This document shows, piece by piece, positions 11,622 through 24,206 of a stretch of 33,201 nucleotides of DNA. Source of the DNA: Octopus bimaculoides (lineage: Eukaryota); assembly GCF_001194135.2 (NCBI RefSeq), contig NC_068991.1, positions 50,084,784-50,117,984 on the forward strand. Direction: 5' to 3'. The translations under genes and the position numbers were made by a program. The notes under the pieces were generated by a model that was not told where the DNA came from, searched no databases, and worked only from the letters and a program-made list of their open reading frames with translations. Position 1 is the first letter of the stretch. Each line of letters starts with the position of its first letter.

Positions 11622-11680
<59 letters not shown>
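11531..11680. repeat. (AAT)n tract with a 21-bp unique segment repeated twice (46-bp period)
   Basis: gcatgcactgctctctcactc at 11555-11575 and 11601-11621. Confidence 0.95.
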
Positions 11681-11681
<1 letters not shown>

Positions 11682-12411
11682 GAGTTCTTTATTAACCTCA
11701 AGGGTTTGCATTAAGAAAACCATTATGGACAGCACAGGACAAAAAAAAGAATGTGTTTGTGTGTGTGTGTCTGTGTGTGAATGTGTATTGTCGTGAGCGT
11801 TTTGCGTGTAAGCAAAACTAACGAAATTTTACAAAAAGAAAAAAAAAGAGATAAAAAGAAATCAACAATATGTAATCCTCAAACAAATATATAATAATCA
11901 CACTACCATTATTTAAACATATTAACATCACCCAGAAAATTGCTCTCCTCGGTTCTACGCTTGTATGAATTTGAGTACTGTCAATATAACGTCAAACCGG
12001 CAGAGCAAAATATTTCACGTTCTCAAACTACTCAGAGCTGTGTACATCTGCACAGTGAAATCACTCCTTAAAAGTTATTTTAATGAAATAAAGTTACTGA
12101 AATAATAAAAGACATTGCTCTTTCTAGAAGGAAATTTAAACCGGAATTTGGTTTATACTGTAATTCACTACCAAGAAAGGAATCAGCTCCCTTGTATTAA
12201 ACTACACAAAACTTCTTCCCCTGAATCTGGGTTCGTAATGAACCATACACTCAGAGCTGAATTCTTAAATGAATTAACCAGCCTCCAGTGAAATCTTTCT
12301 ATTCTTGTCTTCTGGTGTTCGGATCTGTTATCAAGCGTCTCTTCAAGGAAGAAAGTGATATCAATCTAATATGCTCGACAAGATGTACAAAGAATGTATT
12401 AGAATTTCTGC

Positions 12412-12412
<1 letters not shown>

Positions 12413-12444
<32 letters not shown>

Positions 12445-12562
12445 TGTATGTATGTATGTATGTACGTACGTATGTATGTATGTATGTATGTATGTATGTA
12501 TGTATGTACGTATGTATGTATTATGCATGTATGTGTGCGTGTGTGTGTGCACGCGCGCGTGT
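12413..12562. repeat. (TATG)n-(TG)n microsatellite
   Basis: Directly visible. Confidence 0.97.
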
Positions 12563-13018
12563 GTATAAGGTTATATTTCAGCGGGTTTCAATGTTTAGAA
12601 AAGACACAAACTACGAAAAGTACGCACTTCTTTCCTTTTGTATCAAAATGAGAATTGCTCGAAAAATAAAAGAAGAAACTGCGATGATTTGAACAAAAAT
12701 ACTCTGAAGTACATAACGACGAAAGGTCATTTATTGGAACCACATGAGACTCTTAAAGTGATTTTTGCTTTCTTTTTCTTGAGATCAGTAATGTCATGCA
12801 TAACGCTTTACGAATTGTCTGATAAATTAAACGTTTCCGAAGAGACACACACAAATGAAACATCGAATGTTCAGAAGATAAACAGTGTCCAACCGTCGTA
12901 TAACACGTACAGCGTTGTAAGGTTTGGGAAAATAAAAATAAAAGAAATTCGGGTAATATAATCCATCAGTAATATCAAAAAGTAGTGATATGGGAACGAC
13001 GGTGGCGGAGGTAGGAGC

Positions 13019-13019
<1 letters not shown>

Positions 13020-13073
<54 letters not shown>

Positions 13074-13082
13074 ATAGTAGTA
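13020..13082. repeat. (AGT)n microsatellite
   Basis: Directly visible. Confidence 0.98.
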
Positions 13083-13966
13083 ACGGCAGCAGCAGCACAT
13101 TGAAGAGATGATGATGTTAGTGTTGTGGAACATTGAACATTTCGATAATCTTGCTAAGTCGTTGTTGAAAAGTTCAGTCGGACAAATTCCCCAGACTAAC
13201 GTACTGGTGGACTGTTTTATTGGTACTGAAAAGGTCAGTAAGATCCAATCCTGCTAAGATATATCTCATGTGTGCTACCATGTAAAATATCGTTCAGACT
13301 TGCAAACGAAAACGTTTTATCTGGTACCTTTCTATTACTCGTGTTTGTATAAATGTGCTAATATAAATTAGTATTGCCACACATGGAAATAAACTACTTC
13401 ATTAAATTCATGAATAACTTATGAAACAGTGTTTGGTCTAAAAAAGACTGTCCACATCTATAATCGTATAATAACATCACTTCAGTTGAAATTTCCAAGG
13501 GCATCTTATTTAGTAAGACTTTAAGTTTTGATAATGTAGGATTACAATATTATGTTAGTTTATCGTTTTAATTTGAAGAACATTGTTTGAATATGAAGAA
13601 GAAAATATCAAAGAACAAGCAGTTGAATTCTTACGAAATGAGCATATGATTTATTTCAGTGTTTCCCGAACTTTATCAAGCTGTCGCCCCCTTGACACCA
13701 ATGCCACATTCCTAGCAACTCCCTACTCACCACCACAAACATAGACTGCTCTCTGCAGTAAATTCAAAACAACTGTATTTCACAAGTACAACTTAACCTA
13801 ATTAACTTATTATTTGGGGATTTTTTTAACATCAATTGCTCCCTTTTGGCCACACCATTATCACCCCACTTTTCTTCAATGTTTCATAATTTCATAACCT
13901 CGATATCGAATTGGTATTCTAAATTAAAAGGACAAAGGACACGTGTATGTATGTATGTATGTATAT

Positions 13967-14267
13967 ACTCCGTCGGTTATGACGACGAGTGTTCCAGATG
14001 TTCCAATCAATGAAACAACCTGCTAGTGAAATTAACGTGCAAGTGGATGAGTGCTCCACAGGCACGCCTACACTTTCTCTTGTTGTCAGAATGTGACAAG
14101 ACTGGCCCTTTGAAATACAGGTACAACTCATTTTTGCCAAATGTATAGACTTGAGCAACGTGAAATAAAGTGTCTTGCTCAAGCCGCACAACGCGCCGCC
14201 GGGTATTGAGTTCATGACCTCAGGATCGTGAGCCGAATATCCTAAGCATTAAACCACGCGCCTCCAC
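13967..14267 (-). mobile_element. tRNA-derived SINE family B, older copy
   Basis: Shares ctccgtcg...gtgaaattaacgtgcaagtgg...gtgtgacaagactggccctttgaa with 24207-24592. The tRNA-like head gtggaggcgcgtggttta...gaactcaatacc is at the 14267 end. Confidence 0.9.
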
Positions 14268-14710
14268 CAGGCGTTCATATAACGAGATAAACAACACAAA
14301 TAGACATTTAACATATAAATAGACATAACAATAAATAAACAAATATCTGGGCAATATTCTTTGTTGCTATGTAACAAATGCATTTGATTGCTGTCCTTCA
14401 GTTCCAATTAAAATTGTTAATATTTCGGAGTTTTGCGTCGTTGCGTTATTTTTCATTAACAGTCCCTGATAGGAAATAATGTTTCGTTTTGGTGTTCTAT
14501 ATCAATATCATTTGTTTTCTTTAGTATTCAACTTTATTTGTCCAATCGATACGAATCTATTTAAGTTACCAACTAGTTGAATATGCAGATAATAATTTTA
14601 AATGAATTTCCTTCAGTTAAATCAGACGTGAATGAAGTTTTTCAATATATGATACCACTATCAATTAAAATGTCGTCTTGCTTATTTCAGTTAGTTTATA
14701 ACTTATGAAA

Positions 14711-14830
14711 GACAGTGAATTGGTAGAATCGTTAGGACAGTATTTGTTCTGGCTCTTTACGTTGACTTCAAAATCCACCGACGTAAATTTTTCGTGGTCG
14801 ATAAATAAAGTACTAGTCACGTATCAAATC
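14711..14830 (+). mobile_element. Degenerate SINE family A
   Basis: gtgaattggtagaatcgttag...ttcaaaatccaccgacg...ggtcgataaataaagtac. Confidence 0.7.
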
Positions 14831-15021
14831 TGATGCTTCTACCACTCTCCCAGCTCCTCTAACCTCCTGTTGTTTGACTCCTTCGTTCTGCATCAAGAAC
14901 GTCTACCCTACTTCAAGCCTCGATATACAGGTGTAGTGTTATGTATTTGTACACACATACACACACACACATATATCGTATTACCGATTTAGGTTTCTGG
15001 TCTATGTCCGTTTAAGCCCCT

Positions 15022-15026
15022 TTCTT

Positions 15027-15105
<79 letters not shown>
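15022..15105. repeat. (CTT)n-(ATT)n microsatellite
   Basis: Directly visible. Confidence 0.98.
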
Positions 15106-15119
15106 GCGAGTTGGATCGA

Positions 15120-16170
15120 CAGAATCATTTATTATTATGTTTGGCAGTTTCCCCAAATTTTTCTACCAAATAATTTGCTTTCTTCAGCATTCGGTCTCAT
15201 GTTATCATTTCAATTTTCTTTCAAATATATCAAGCAAGCTTTTCAGGTTTGATTGCAAAATGCGATTTTTCTTTAATTGGTTGTTTCTTCCATCGTATTT
15301 TCTGATTTTGGCAGTTTTGCCGTTACTCTCTGCCTTAGTTCTTTGATCGTTGTCCCAATTCTGTTTTTCTTCACCTGACATATTTCCTCCAATCTACTTT
15401 CTCTTTTTTCTTTAATTCACCAACAACGCTTCCACTGGTTCAGTTTACGCATATCTTTGCTTAGGCCGCTAATCTTCATTATTATTCGACTTTACCGCCA
15501 ATGTACTTGTTGGTCTTCTTCTTACTCTTTCTCCTCCACCTCACAACAATTCCGAAATTACATTAACACCCACTCATATCAATGTATTGGTGTCTTTCAT
15601 GTTTTCACGGACAATCTTGTCAATTACGTCATTCATTTTTGATATTTTTTCTTTAATTTTGGTTCGATCTACTGTCCTCAAATTAGGGACTTATTAAGGG
15701 ACTCCAGTTGCTTAAGTATCTATCTCAGATTTTTAAGTATCCCTCGTTGATATCCATCAACGTTATTCATATAAAATTCCTTTACTTCTAACATGTCACT
15801 TGCGTTTTATTTGTTTCAAATGACAGCGTCATATTTGGATTCTCTATTTTTTCCCTATTATCCATCTACATTTGTAATGCTGGTTCTTGTAATTCTGAGT
15901 TGATCTTTCTCTGTATTTCTTCAATTTCTCAGATAATTATTTAGATGGGATCTCAACGAAACCACTGTCCACAGCCAGAGTTAAACTTGCTTCAAGAAGG
16001 GAATGACCTTTTTCTGCTTGGTCTGCAACCTGCTGCTTACTGAGTTTAAATACTCCCATATCATTCCCAATGTCCAACATATTTTCCCAGAATACTTGTT
16101 TGCTTGGTTTACTTAACATTCCATTGGTATTTTATTGATTCCTTTTTCCCCTACACAATTTTGCGCATAG
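15120..16170 (-). mobile_element. R4/Dong-clade fragment 5 (N-terminal region upstream of RT), degenerate
   Basis: Minus-strand pieces NMLDIGNDMGVFKLSKQQVADQA; EIEEIQRKIN; LSKDMRKLNQWKR...IKELRQRVTAKTAKIRKYDGRNNQLKKNRILQSN...PNAEESK match my recall of R4-type N-termini (RMLDIWNEMG..EQRLADQ; ELKQRITAKAAKIRRY..RQNRLFQSN..PDAEES). Confidence 0.75.
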
Positions 16171-17039
16171 CATTAACTGAATAACGACCGGTTCTGCGCT
16201 GCAGTACCGCATCTAATGGTTAGGAAGCTTTCATCTGGTGGCTCCATCATATCCATGCCATATATATTTAGATTTAACCTAGTGCGTTTTTAATAGTCCT
16301 TCCTTAACGTTGCTTACATTTATGTGCGCTGTATTCTGTCAAGTTATGAATGGATTCCTGAGTATTTTTTCTTCAAGTAAATCCATGTACTACCTGTAGC
16401 AGTGTTTCTAATTGTTTAGATATCTGCAACATAAAAATTGAGATCGACAAAAGAGATTGTTTGTCTTCCGATAGCATTTGCAACTGAACCCAAAGTTGTT
16501 TAAAGGTGTTAAATCCAGACAGCAAAACAGTGGAGAGAAAGAAATCCTTGGATTATATTTTCCATCTAATGGTTTAGATTTTATAATTCACCATTCTTCT
16601 AGCCATTTACTCATAGTGTGTTTATAGTATCTGTTCATTATCTGTGTTTTCTTGCTAATGTTTCCATGATTCATATTAGGACTCTGTCAAAAATATTTGC
16701 TATTGATCCTATGCCATTCTCAGATTTCTTCTGATGTCTTCGGTCGTGGATTTGTTGCTCAGTGATTGAACTTCACAGCCATCCAAACCTTCGACAAAAC
16801 GCTTCTCTTCTACTCGAAATATGTTTTACTTTAGGTATTTATCTTCTGCGATAATATTGTAATTAAAGTAGGTTGTGTGTCTAGAGTTTAGGATTTGTTC
16901 TATCTTGATTACACTGTGTAACATGTTTTTGTCTTTGGCTAACAATTGTTATTTCCTATTTGCTTACCCCTATAAAGTATGAAAAATGGCTAATATTTCC
17001 TTCAGACTTTGCTTTTATCACATTTATTAAACCTCAAGG

Positions 17040-17195
17040 AATCCCCCTCAAAACATGGCTATGATGTTCCCCCACTACTCCTGCTCATGATCAGAGATGC
17101 ACATATTGTCAGCTACTAAAGGAAATGCTCAACTGGTTAATGTCAAACAAATGACAAACAAATCTGTGATTTTGAGCAGAATATTTGCTATAACG
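17040..17195. repeat. Interspersed repeat fragment, class unresolved
   Basis: ccccctcaaaacatggctatgatgttcccccactactcctgctcatgatcagagatgcacatattgtcagc is a sequence I recall as a high-copy octopus repeat. There is only one copy here, so the call cannot be verified within the window. Confidence 0.5.
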
Positions 17196-17399
17196 ATATT
17201 TCTGCTTCAGCAACTCGGCGCCGAATCTGCCTGAAATGAAATGGAAAACAGGTCAGTTTGAAAGCATTAATGTCCAGGTGATAAAAGTAAAGTTTGAAGG
17301 GAATAGTAGTCATTTCCTTTGATTTCTAGATAGAAGCAAATAGGAAATAACACTTACTGACCAAAGAAAGAAAAAAAAAAGATTTTGTGACACAGTATT

Positions 17400-17700
17400 A
17401 TTGAAGTATTCTCCTTAGTGCCCAGATCAGATATTGTTCCTGATTCTTTTAGTATACTATTAAATATTTCCATCAGAAATTTTGGATTATAACGTTTCCT
17501 AGTGTCTGCCAGTTATTCTTATAGTGTAGCGTCTGGACTTCTTCTTGTGTTGGTATAGCATCTCAGGATTGATTAGTGATGTGTTTATTGTTCTGAACAA
17601 CCTTGTCCCAGGCAATTCCTTTGCGGTCAATATTCCTCAGAATTCTTTAATTATTTTTCCTATTGGTGTTGCATTGATTTCTATTTTCTTTTACCCTACC
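17400..17700 (-). mobile_element. Possible degenerate LINE RT N-terminal fragment
   Basis: Minus frame AIPTQEEVQ...KNN...GNVII..F*WKY resembles PTxEEVxxxIxxLKNNKxPGxDxIxxExWK; it contains several stops. Confidence 0.35.
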
Positions 17701-17837
17701 TGATTGTTGTGGCTTATCATGACGAAGAATTCTTTTCCATTTCGCGGGGAAATCAATTTTTTTTTTAACGTGTTATGTTGATATTTTAATATACGTAATT
17801 CAGTAAATCTTAGGAAATACGCCCTTCCCTGCGTAAA

Positions 17838-17955
17838 TCTTCTTCTTCTTCTTCTTCTTCTTCTTCTTCTTCTTCTTCTTCTTCTTCTTCTTCTTCTTCT
17901 TCTTCTTCTTCTTCTTCTTCTTCTTCTTCTTCTTCTTCTTCTTCTTCCTCCTCCT
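17838..17955. repeat. (CTT)n microsatellite
   Basis: Directly visible. Confidence 0.98.
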
Positions 17956-17999
17956 GGTGGCAATTCTGTAGAATACATCCACTACAGAGACAGTGCGAA

Positions 18000-18204
18000 G
18001 GAAGTGAGCAGGCAGAATCTTTAGCAAGCCGAGCTAAATGCTTAGCGGCATTTCGTCCGACTTTACATTCTTCGTTCAAATTCTGCCGTGGTCGACTTTG
18101 CTTTCATCCCTTCGTGGTCGCTAAAATAAGTACCAATTGAGCACTGGGGTCGATATAATCGACTCATATCATCTCCCGAACCTTGGGACAAAATTTGAAA
18201 CTAA
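18000..18204 (+). mobile_element. SINE family A, near full-length
   Basis: aaggaagtgagcaggcagaatctttagc...gttcaaattctgccgtggtcgactttgc...ctggggtcgatataatcgactc...aaaatttgaaac. Confidence 0.9.
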
Positions 18205-18329
18205 TATGGAGACGGAGCTGTGTCACTCGAGTATCTCGTGTATGATTCTAGTATGACAATTATTAGCGATCCAACCCGTCTGAGCTGTAATTAAAAATAT
18301 CATAATAATAAAGAATTTTATTCTGTAAA

Positions 18330-18530
18330 TCAGTAAAAATAATTGATAGAGCATCGGAAAAAATGCCTTGTGGTATTTCTTTTGACTCTTTACACGCTGA
18401 GTTCAGTTTTAACCAGGATCAATTTTGCCTTCAAAGGTCACTAAAATAAAATATAGTCAGCAACTGGGGTCGGTATAATTGACTACCTTCCTCCCCTCAA
18501 AAATTGGCAGTTTTGTGACCAAAATAACGA
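18330..18530 (+). mobile_element. Degenerate SINE family A
   Basis: aaatgccttgtggtatttc...gctgagttca...ctggggtcggtataattgactacc. Confidence 0.75.
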
Positions 18531-18744
18531 TGAATCTTAGATTAAGAGTTATGAATTCAAATCCTCTTTAGAGTATAAGAAACCTCAATATTGGGCGTTG
18601 AGTTGACTGTCCTACTTTCACACAAAGCCTTCCGTGATGCGCCTACGAGTCATTCGAATATATTAAGAGATTGTAGTGGATTAATTTTACACAATTGAAC
18701 AGAGCAGATGGTATGTTCCAATTATGGCGTGGATGTATGATACG

Positions 18745-18876
18745 AAGATCCCTGGGCAAGTGTTTTCTATTACAGCTCTCGGCTAACCAAAGCCTTGTTA
18801 GTGTATTTGGTCGATTGAAACTGAAAGAAGTCTATCGTATATAAATGTGTGTGTGTGTGTGTGTGTGCCTGTGTGT

Positions 18877-18918
<42 letters not shown>

Positions 18919-19095
18919 TTGTGTTTATCCCACACTATCGCTTGATGCTCTGTGTTGGTTTGTTTACGTTCCCCGTAACTTAGCGGTTCATAAGTCTAGT
19001 GACTTATAAAACAAAGTACTGGCATCGATTTGTTCGACTAAACCTTTCAAGGCGGAGCCCCAGCTTAGACATAGTTCAATAACAGAAACAAGTAA
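18745..19095 (+). mobile_element. SINE family C (internal (TG)n), head degraded
   Basis: gggcaagtgttttcta...ccaaagccttg...aaactgaaagaag-(TG)n-gttggtttgtttacgttccccgtaacttagcggttc, co-linear with 25390-26057. Confidence 0.85.
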
Positions 19096-21599
19096 AAGCT
19101 AAAAAGGTGATTCACCGATCGAAAAGTTTTCTTTATTTCTTCCGGAAAGAAAAGAATTGAGGGATAAACACTAACGCGTTGAACATCTTTAGTAAAATAT
19201 TCCTTTGGAAACAGATTGGACTTTACACTTTGCATCGTGCGAACTAGCTTTGCTTACTTCTTAGCTGAAAACTTAATAAAATTGTTAAATATAACTTAGT
19301 TTTTAAAGTAGAGACCCTAGTTTTATAGGATGTGAGTAAAATTTTAGTTTAGACTTAATGATAATTGCATTGGAACAGAGAGGCAATCAAAATATTCTAG
19401 ATAATTAAAGGCAAGTAGGCAATTGATATCGTCCAGAATTGCAGTCTTTTGATTCGCTTAAAAATATCTTCCTCTGAGGTAAAATCCTAATGTAAAACAC
19501 GTACCCAGATTTTATTTCTCCGTGTGTAAATTTATAAATGCCGTTAATGTCTTTAGGAAAGACATAAACAGTAACAACTTCCTCTCTCCCCTAAATTTTA
19601 AGCCTTCTACCAAGTCAAAATAAATCAATCCATTTCATATAGTAAACGTTGCGAATTGATAGTAGCATCGGGATAAATTGCAGGATTTAGTTTATTTTCT
19701 CTTCATTTTGAGTTCAAATGATTTTGATGTAAGTAAAATAAGGATTATTAATATATTTCGATCAATCAATCAATCATTTCCTCTATCTGAAATACTTGGC
19801 CTCGTGCATTGTCAAAGGAAATCAATACTGTATGAAATATCAGAGGATATCGATATTTCTAGCGGTTCTAAAGTATTGCAATGTGTAATTATCTTTCTAT
19901 TACACCACGCCCTAGATTTCTGTATCTTTATATTCCAGTTGCTACTAAATAAAATAATGATATTGCTGCACGGATTTGCATTGCTTCTAATTAAAATACA
20001 GTATTTCACTCATTTACGGGAGTTCATCATTGAACTGCAACCATGGTGGTGGTGGTGGTGGTGTGGGTCTGCCTTCAAGGCTTTAGTTCGATCATACGGA
20101 TATCAACACTTGCTTTAGTCCAGCACTTATTTCATTGAGTTCTATTTGTTGAACCACCAGAACATGCGACATCATTAAAGGGTCAAACTTGCTGACGATT
20201 CTCTTAACTCTGCCTCTCCATTCATCTATGTTGTCCATGGAAATGGAAGTTCTGCTCATTGAAATCCAGTGTCGACAGATCGATGTATATTTTGGCAAGG
20301 GGACCAACGTGATTTCGACCTGGCAGAGGTGTCCAAAGTAGCGTGTAACCGTCTCCCCGTTACTTCTCGAGCAGTGTCCGCTAAACAAACACTTCTCTCT
20401 AATCGTGCCTGATACTTAACGGAGCTTATTGTATGATTGTTTTCATTGATACGATTTCATTCCCAGAACACATTTGATATGACATAGTGCATGCGCATGT
20501 ATAGGCTATCCAGCATAGTTTGAAGCCTTTTAGTTAATGTTCAGATGGGAGAGCTACAAAGCAATATTGATTCTGTAACTGCACGGAAGAAGTTTTTATT
20601 AACATTCTCTAAGAGTTTATATTTCGACTGCTTGTAACTGGTGAACAAATATGACACACTAGTCGATTGTTTGCTACGTTATTCTCGCCGCATCCTCACC
20701 ACATTAGTTGTTGATTGTAAGATTGCATTGAATGAACGTCTCTAGCCTTTTCTGAAAGATGACGTATGGAAAAGGTTGGAGATTGTCAAAACAGGTTCTG
20801 TTAAGTAAACGCATGGAATTTTTAAATTCAAGTTTCCGGGTAAAGGCTTACTGGCAAAGGGAACGATACAAATGTCGGTTTCAAAATCTTCTATGGCAAT
20901 TGCAAATTTATCTCTGCATTTACTCAATGCTACGGAACCCGGGCTACTTTTTCTTGCGCTACCCTGTATATGATTATGTTATAGATCTTAGCTACAACAA
21001 TTGTTCATGCAACACACCAGTAATTCTGTATATAGTATAAGTTAGCTTGTTTTCTTTTAGGTGAAGTGAATATTCAGTTCATTTATTAGTTAGATTTTTA
21101 CTGTAGGTGGAGTTAAAGTAGATCATTAAGTGCCCGTATGTTACCCAATTCAAATACTTTCCTGTTTTTTGATGGTAGTCTGCCGTGAAGCTACCCATTT
21201 TGATATTCAATTTGCAATTTGTGATACGCACAAGTTTGTCAGTAATGATTGGAAATTTCCCAAGAAGATTCTGGAAGTGGTTCTTCTATCAGTTAAAGCG
21301 ATCATATTTGGTTTGAAGTTTTTAATTTTGCGTTATTCATCAAGACATAAAGGGATGCCTATTTCGATTTTTAAAATGTAAATTCCTTCAAATAACGCCT
21401 GACATAATCTCTTGTGCATATGTAAATATATCAGTTTTGCAGTGAATATTCTTTAGTGCGAAAGCCTATGCTAATGATAGCATGTGATGAGAAACTGCAA
21501 ATTTCACTTTTCTTCCACATCTTTCGATCCAGTTACTCACAGAATATGGAAATGATTTGACTGATGTCGACCGAAATTATAAGAATTAATTTTAAATTT

Positions 21600-21795
21600 C
21601 ATCATACGGCACATAGTATTGTGTATTACGGCAAATAATATCATATATTTATCATAATATAATGCATTTATGTAGATAGTATAATGTATTTGTCATGATA
21701 ATATAATGCATTACATGTAGATACTACAATGTATTTGTCATAATAATATAATATAATAATGACAAGCATATCGTTATAATATAATGTAAATTTTG
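21600..21795. repeat. AT-rich ~42-bp imperfect tandem repeat
   Basis: ataatataatgcatt(t/ac)atgtagata(g/c)ta(t/c)aatgtatttgtcat occurs twice; related sequence resumes after the SINE at 22019. Confidence 0.8.
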
Positions 21796-21800
21796 TAATA

Positions 21801-22018
21801 ATCCTTTGTATAATAGGCATAAGACCTTAAAACTTTAGGGACAATGTTTTAGTCGATTACATCGACTCCAGTGCTTTACAGGTACTTGTTTCATCGACCC
21901 TGAAAGGATGAAAGACAATGTCAACCATGGTGGAATTTGAACACAGAACGTAAAACCGGATGAAATGCCGCCAGACATTTTGTCCGGTATGCTGGCGATT
22001 CTGCCAGCTCACTGCCTT
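21801..22018 (-). mobile_element. SINE family A, near full-length
   Basis: Minus strand aaggcagtgagctggcagaatcgcc...gtgttcaaattccacc...gggtcgatgaaacaagtacc...ggagtcgatgtaatcgac. Confidence 0.9.
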
Positions 22019-22433
22019 TATATTTATCATAATCTAATGTATCACGGCACATAATATAACGATTTGCTTTAATATTATATATTTATTATAACTTAATGAA
22101 ATGACGTGTATACAATGTATTTACCATGATAATATGTATTGCGTGCCGAGAAACTTATTATTTATACACAGAATATTTGATTAGGTCAATAGATACAATA
22201 AATTGATTTTATCGGATGAGATGAAGGACCACCTTTTGTGTGGTTTTAAATGATTGTTTTACAGAATATGAAAGGAATTTATTCTATTGGCATTATGAAG
22301 ACACGATTTAAACTTGCAAACTAAAGGGACGAAACTAAACACTTTGATAAAAATTCCATCTCCAGCAGCTCTGTTATATCGGCCTAAGTTGCATCTAAAG
22401 GTCAATCTACTTATAATCATGTATTCATATCTA

Positions 22434-22617
22434 ATATTGGCAAAAGTCTACTCATTTTCAAGGAAAGGTAAAGTTGATTAAATCGAAGAGTAATACACTT
22501 ATTTTATCGATCTTCGATCGAATACAGAGTAAATACGTTCCCAGAAGTATTTAATCTATAGAGATGTAATTAAATTCTGTAAGGTATTTTGCTCGGCGCT
22601 CCACCGATTCTGTCTCT
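22434..22617 (-). mobile_element. Degenerate SINE family A
   Basis: cttattttatcgat... and ...ggtattttgctcggcgctccaccgattctgtc correspond to the family A body and head. Confidence 0.6.
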
Positions 22618-22689
22618 CCATCGACCCCTTACCCTTACCTTTGACTTCCGTGTAGATAACAAAGATAAAAAGATCTCCAAATGGCAAGT

Positions 22690-22830
22690 TCCCCTTCTGT
22701 TTGTGTTGGTAAAACGCTGTGAGAGGATATTGGAGCAGTTGCCCCTTCAGCAAGTCTCTCCTCTTCAAGCCACCGATGTTGTTCAAGGAAGGAGTAGGGA
22801 CTGATACAGACTGGCAACTGGTGTTTTGTA
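22690..22830 (-). mobile_element. SINE fragment (related to family B body)
   Basis: ggagcagttgccccttcagc...gccaccgatgttgttcaagga...gatacagactggca resembles a recalled octopus SINE body segment; not verifiable within the window. Confidence 0.5.
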
Positions 22831-22889
22831 GGAATTAAAGGAAGCTGGAAACAATATAAGACAGGCTTAGGACAATAGGCCTCCAGCTC

Positions 22890-23030
22890 CTGGTCTATTA
22901 GAAATGGTTATTTTTGAAAAGCTCTGAAAGGATAAAAGGCAAACCCCGGTGGAATTTGAACTTAAAAAGAGAAGAGTCGAAACAAATACGGCAAAGCGTT
23001 TTATCTGATGCGCTTACGATTCAGCCATCC
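22890..23030 (-). mobile_element. Degenerate SINE family A
   Basis: gaaaggataaaaggcaaaccccggtggaatttgaactta...gcgcttacgattcagcca. Confidence 0.7.
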
Positions 23031-23419
23031 CTTGTATATTAAAAATAAATTATAGATTTTCAGTATTTTTTTATATGTGGCGTAGTAGTAGTTCTTCATG
23101 ACATCAAATTAAAACTCTCAATTTATTCTAAAAATATAGCCTCTACATTTACTATTGGTCAATAAAGCTGTATTATTTTATGGTTATGCAATATTGGAAT
23201 GGAAAATTTGATCGAAGACTGTATAAATCAGGTTTTAAAAAAATGTAAAAGATGGCACAGAATGGATTCTAGGTAAAGTTGTTCTATCATTGTTATGCAT
23301 AAAATAAAGATTTAATCTAGACATTATGAAGACGGATATAAGTGGAGTCAGATGGATGTAGAGAATACAGCGACAAACGGAAAGCAGACTATTATAGGCA
23401 GCAAAGAGGAAAATATTCG

Positions 23420-23424
23420 ATATA

Positions 23425-23516
<92 letters not shown>

Positions 23517-23635
23517 TATATATATATACATATATATATAAACACATACATATATGTATGTACATGTGTGTGAGTGTGTGTACGTGCGTACGTGTGTGTG
23601 TATTTGTATGTATGCGTGTGTGAGTGAGTGCATGT
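23420..23635. repeat. (TA)n/(CA)n/(TG)n compound microsatellite
   Basis: Directly visible. Confidence 0.97.
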
Positions 23636-24206
23636 GTAAAACATTAGGCTGGTATCTTAGCAGCAGCTAGCCAATGCAGTTGGTTATTTAAAATGCATGT
23701 AGTGTGGTGCAAATAAGGGAACAAAGAAAATCTGATTAGATTCAGAATTAGAAGTTAATTACGACTTTATTGATGATCAGCATAGCATGTAGCAGCTGGA
23801 ATATGGAGGTCAGTCTAAGAGTTCGAATAGCAATATGTTCGAACTGCAATGTGAAAGGAAAAGGGTGTATGTGAGTTTAGCTGGTGAAATGGCATATGAT
23901 GGAAAGCAAAAGAACAAAAAAATTCAACAGGCAACACAGAGACGAATATGTAAATAAATACAGCGGCATGTGTTAACGAAATGTGAGTGTCAAGCAGTGT
24001 TTAGGCATAAGCAAAATTTAGGTTAGTTTCAATTGCTTAAAGGCAAATATACTGCAGTTACTGCAGAGAAAATAACTCTCTTATGGTAAAAGGTGTGAAA
24101 ACAACCGGTTTGTTCAATGTCACCATCTATCAGGAATCCCAGACATCGATGTTTCGAGTTTATTGACTCGTCAGACTCGGTGGAAATATCCAGACATATC
24201 TACTAC

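Noticed and set aside
11531-11680. Repeat-spacer pattern suggestive of CRISPR
   Set aside because: The 'repeats' are (AAT)n and the two 'spacers' are identical. The context is eukaryotic and there are no cas genes.
19678-20118. 146-aa hydrophobic ORF
   Set aside because: TTG start, AT-rich composition, runs into (TGG)n and a SINE-like tail; no domain motif.
20742-21381. ORFs of 61-93 aa on both strands
   Set aside because: No recognisable motifs or consistent splice structure. Could be an old transposon remnant, but I cannot assign it.
23640-24190. Possible piggyBac-like C-terminal Cys-rich remnant
   Set aside because: Only scattered Cys spacing across stops; no TTAA/TIR pair found.
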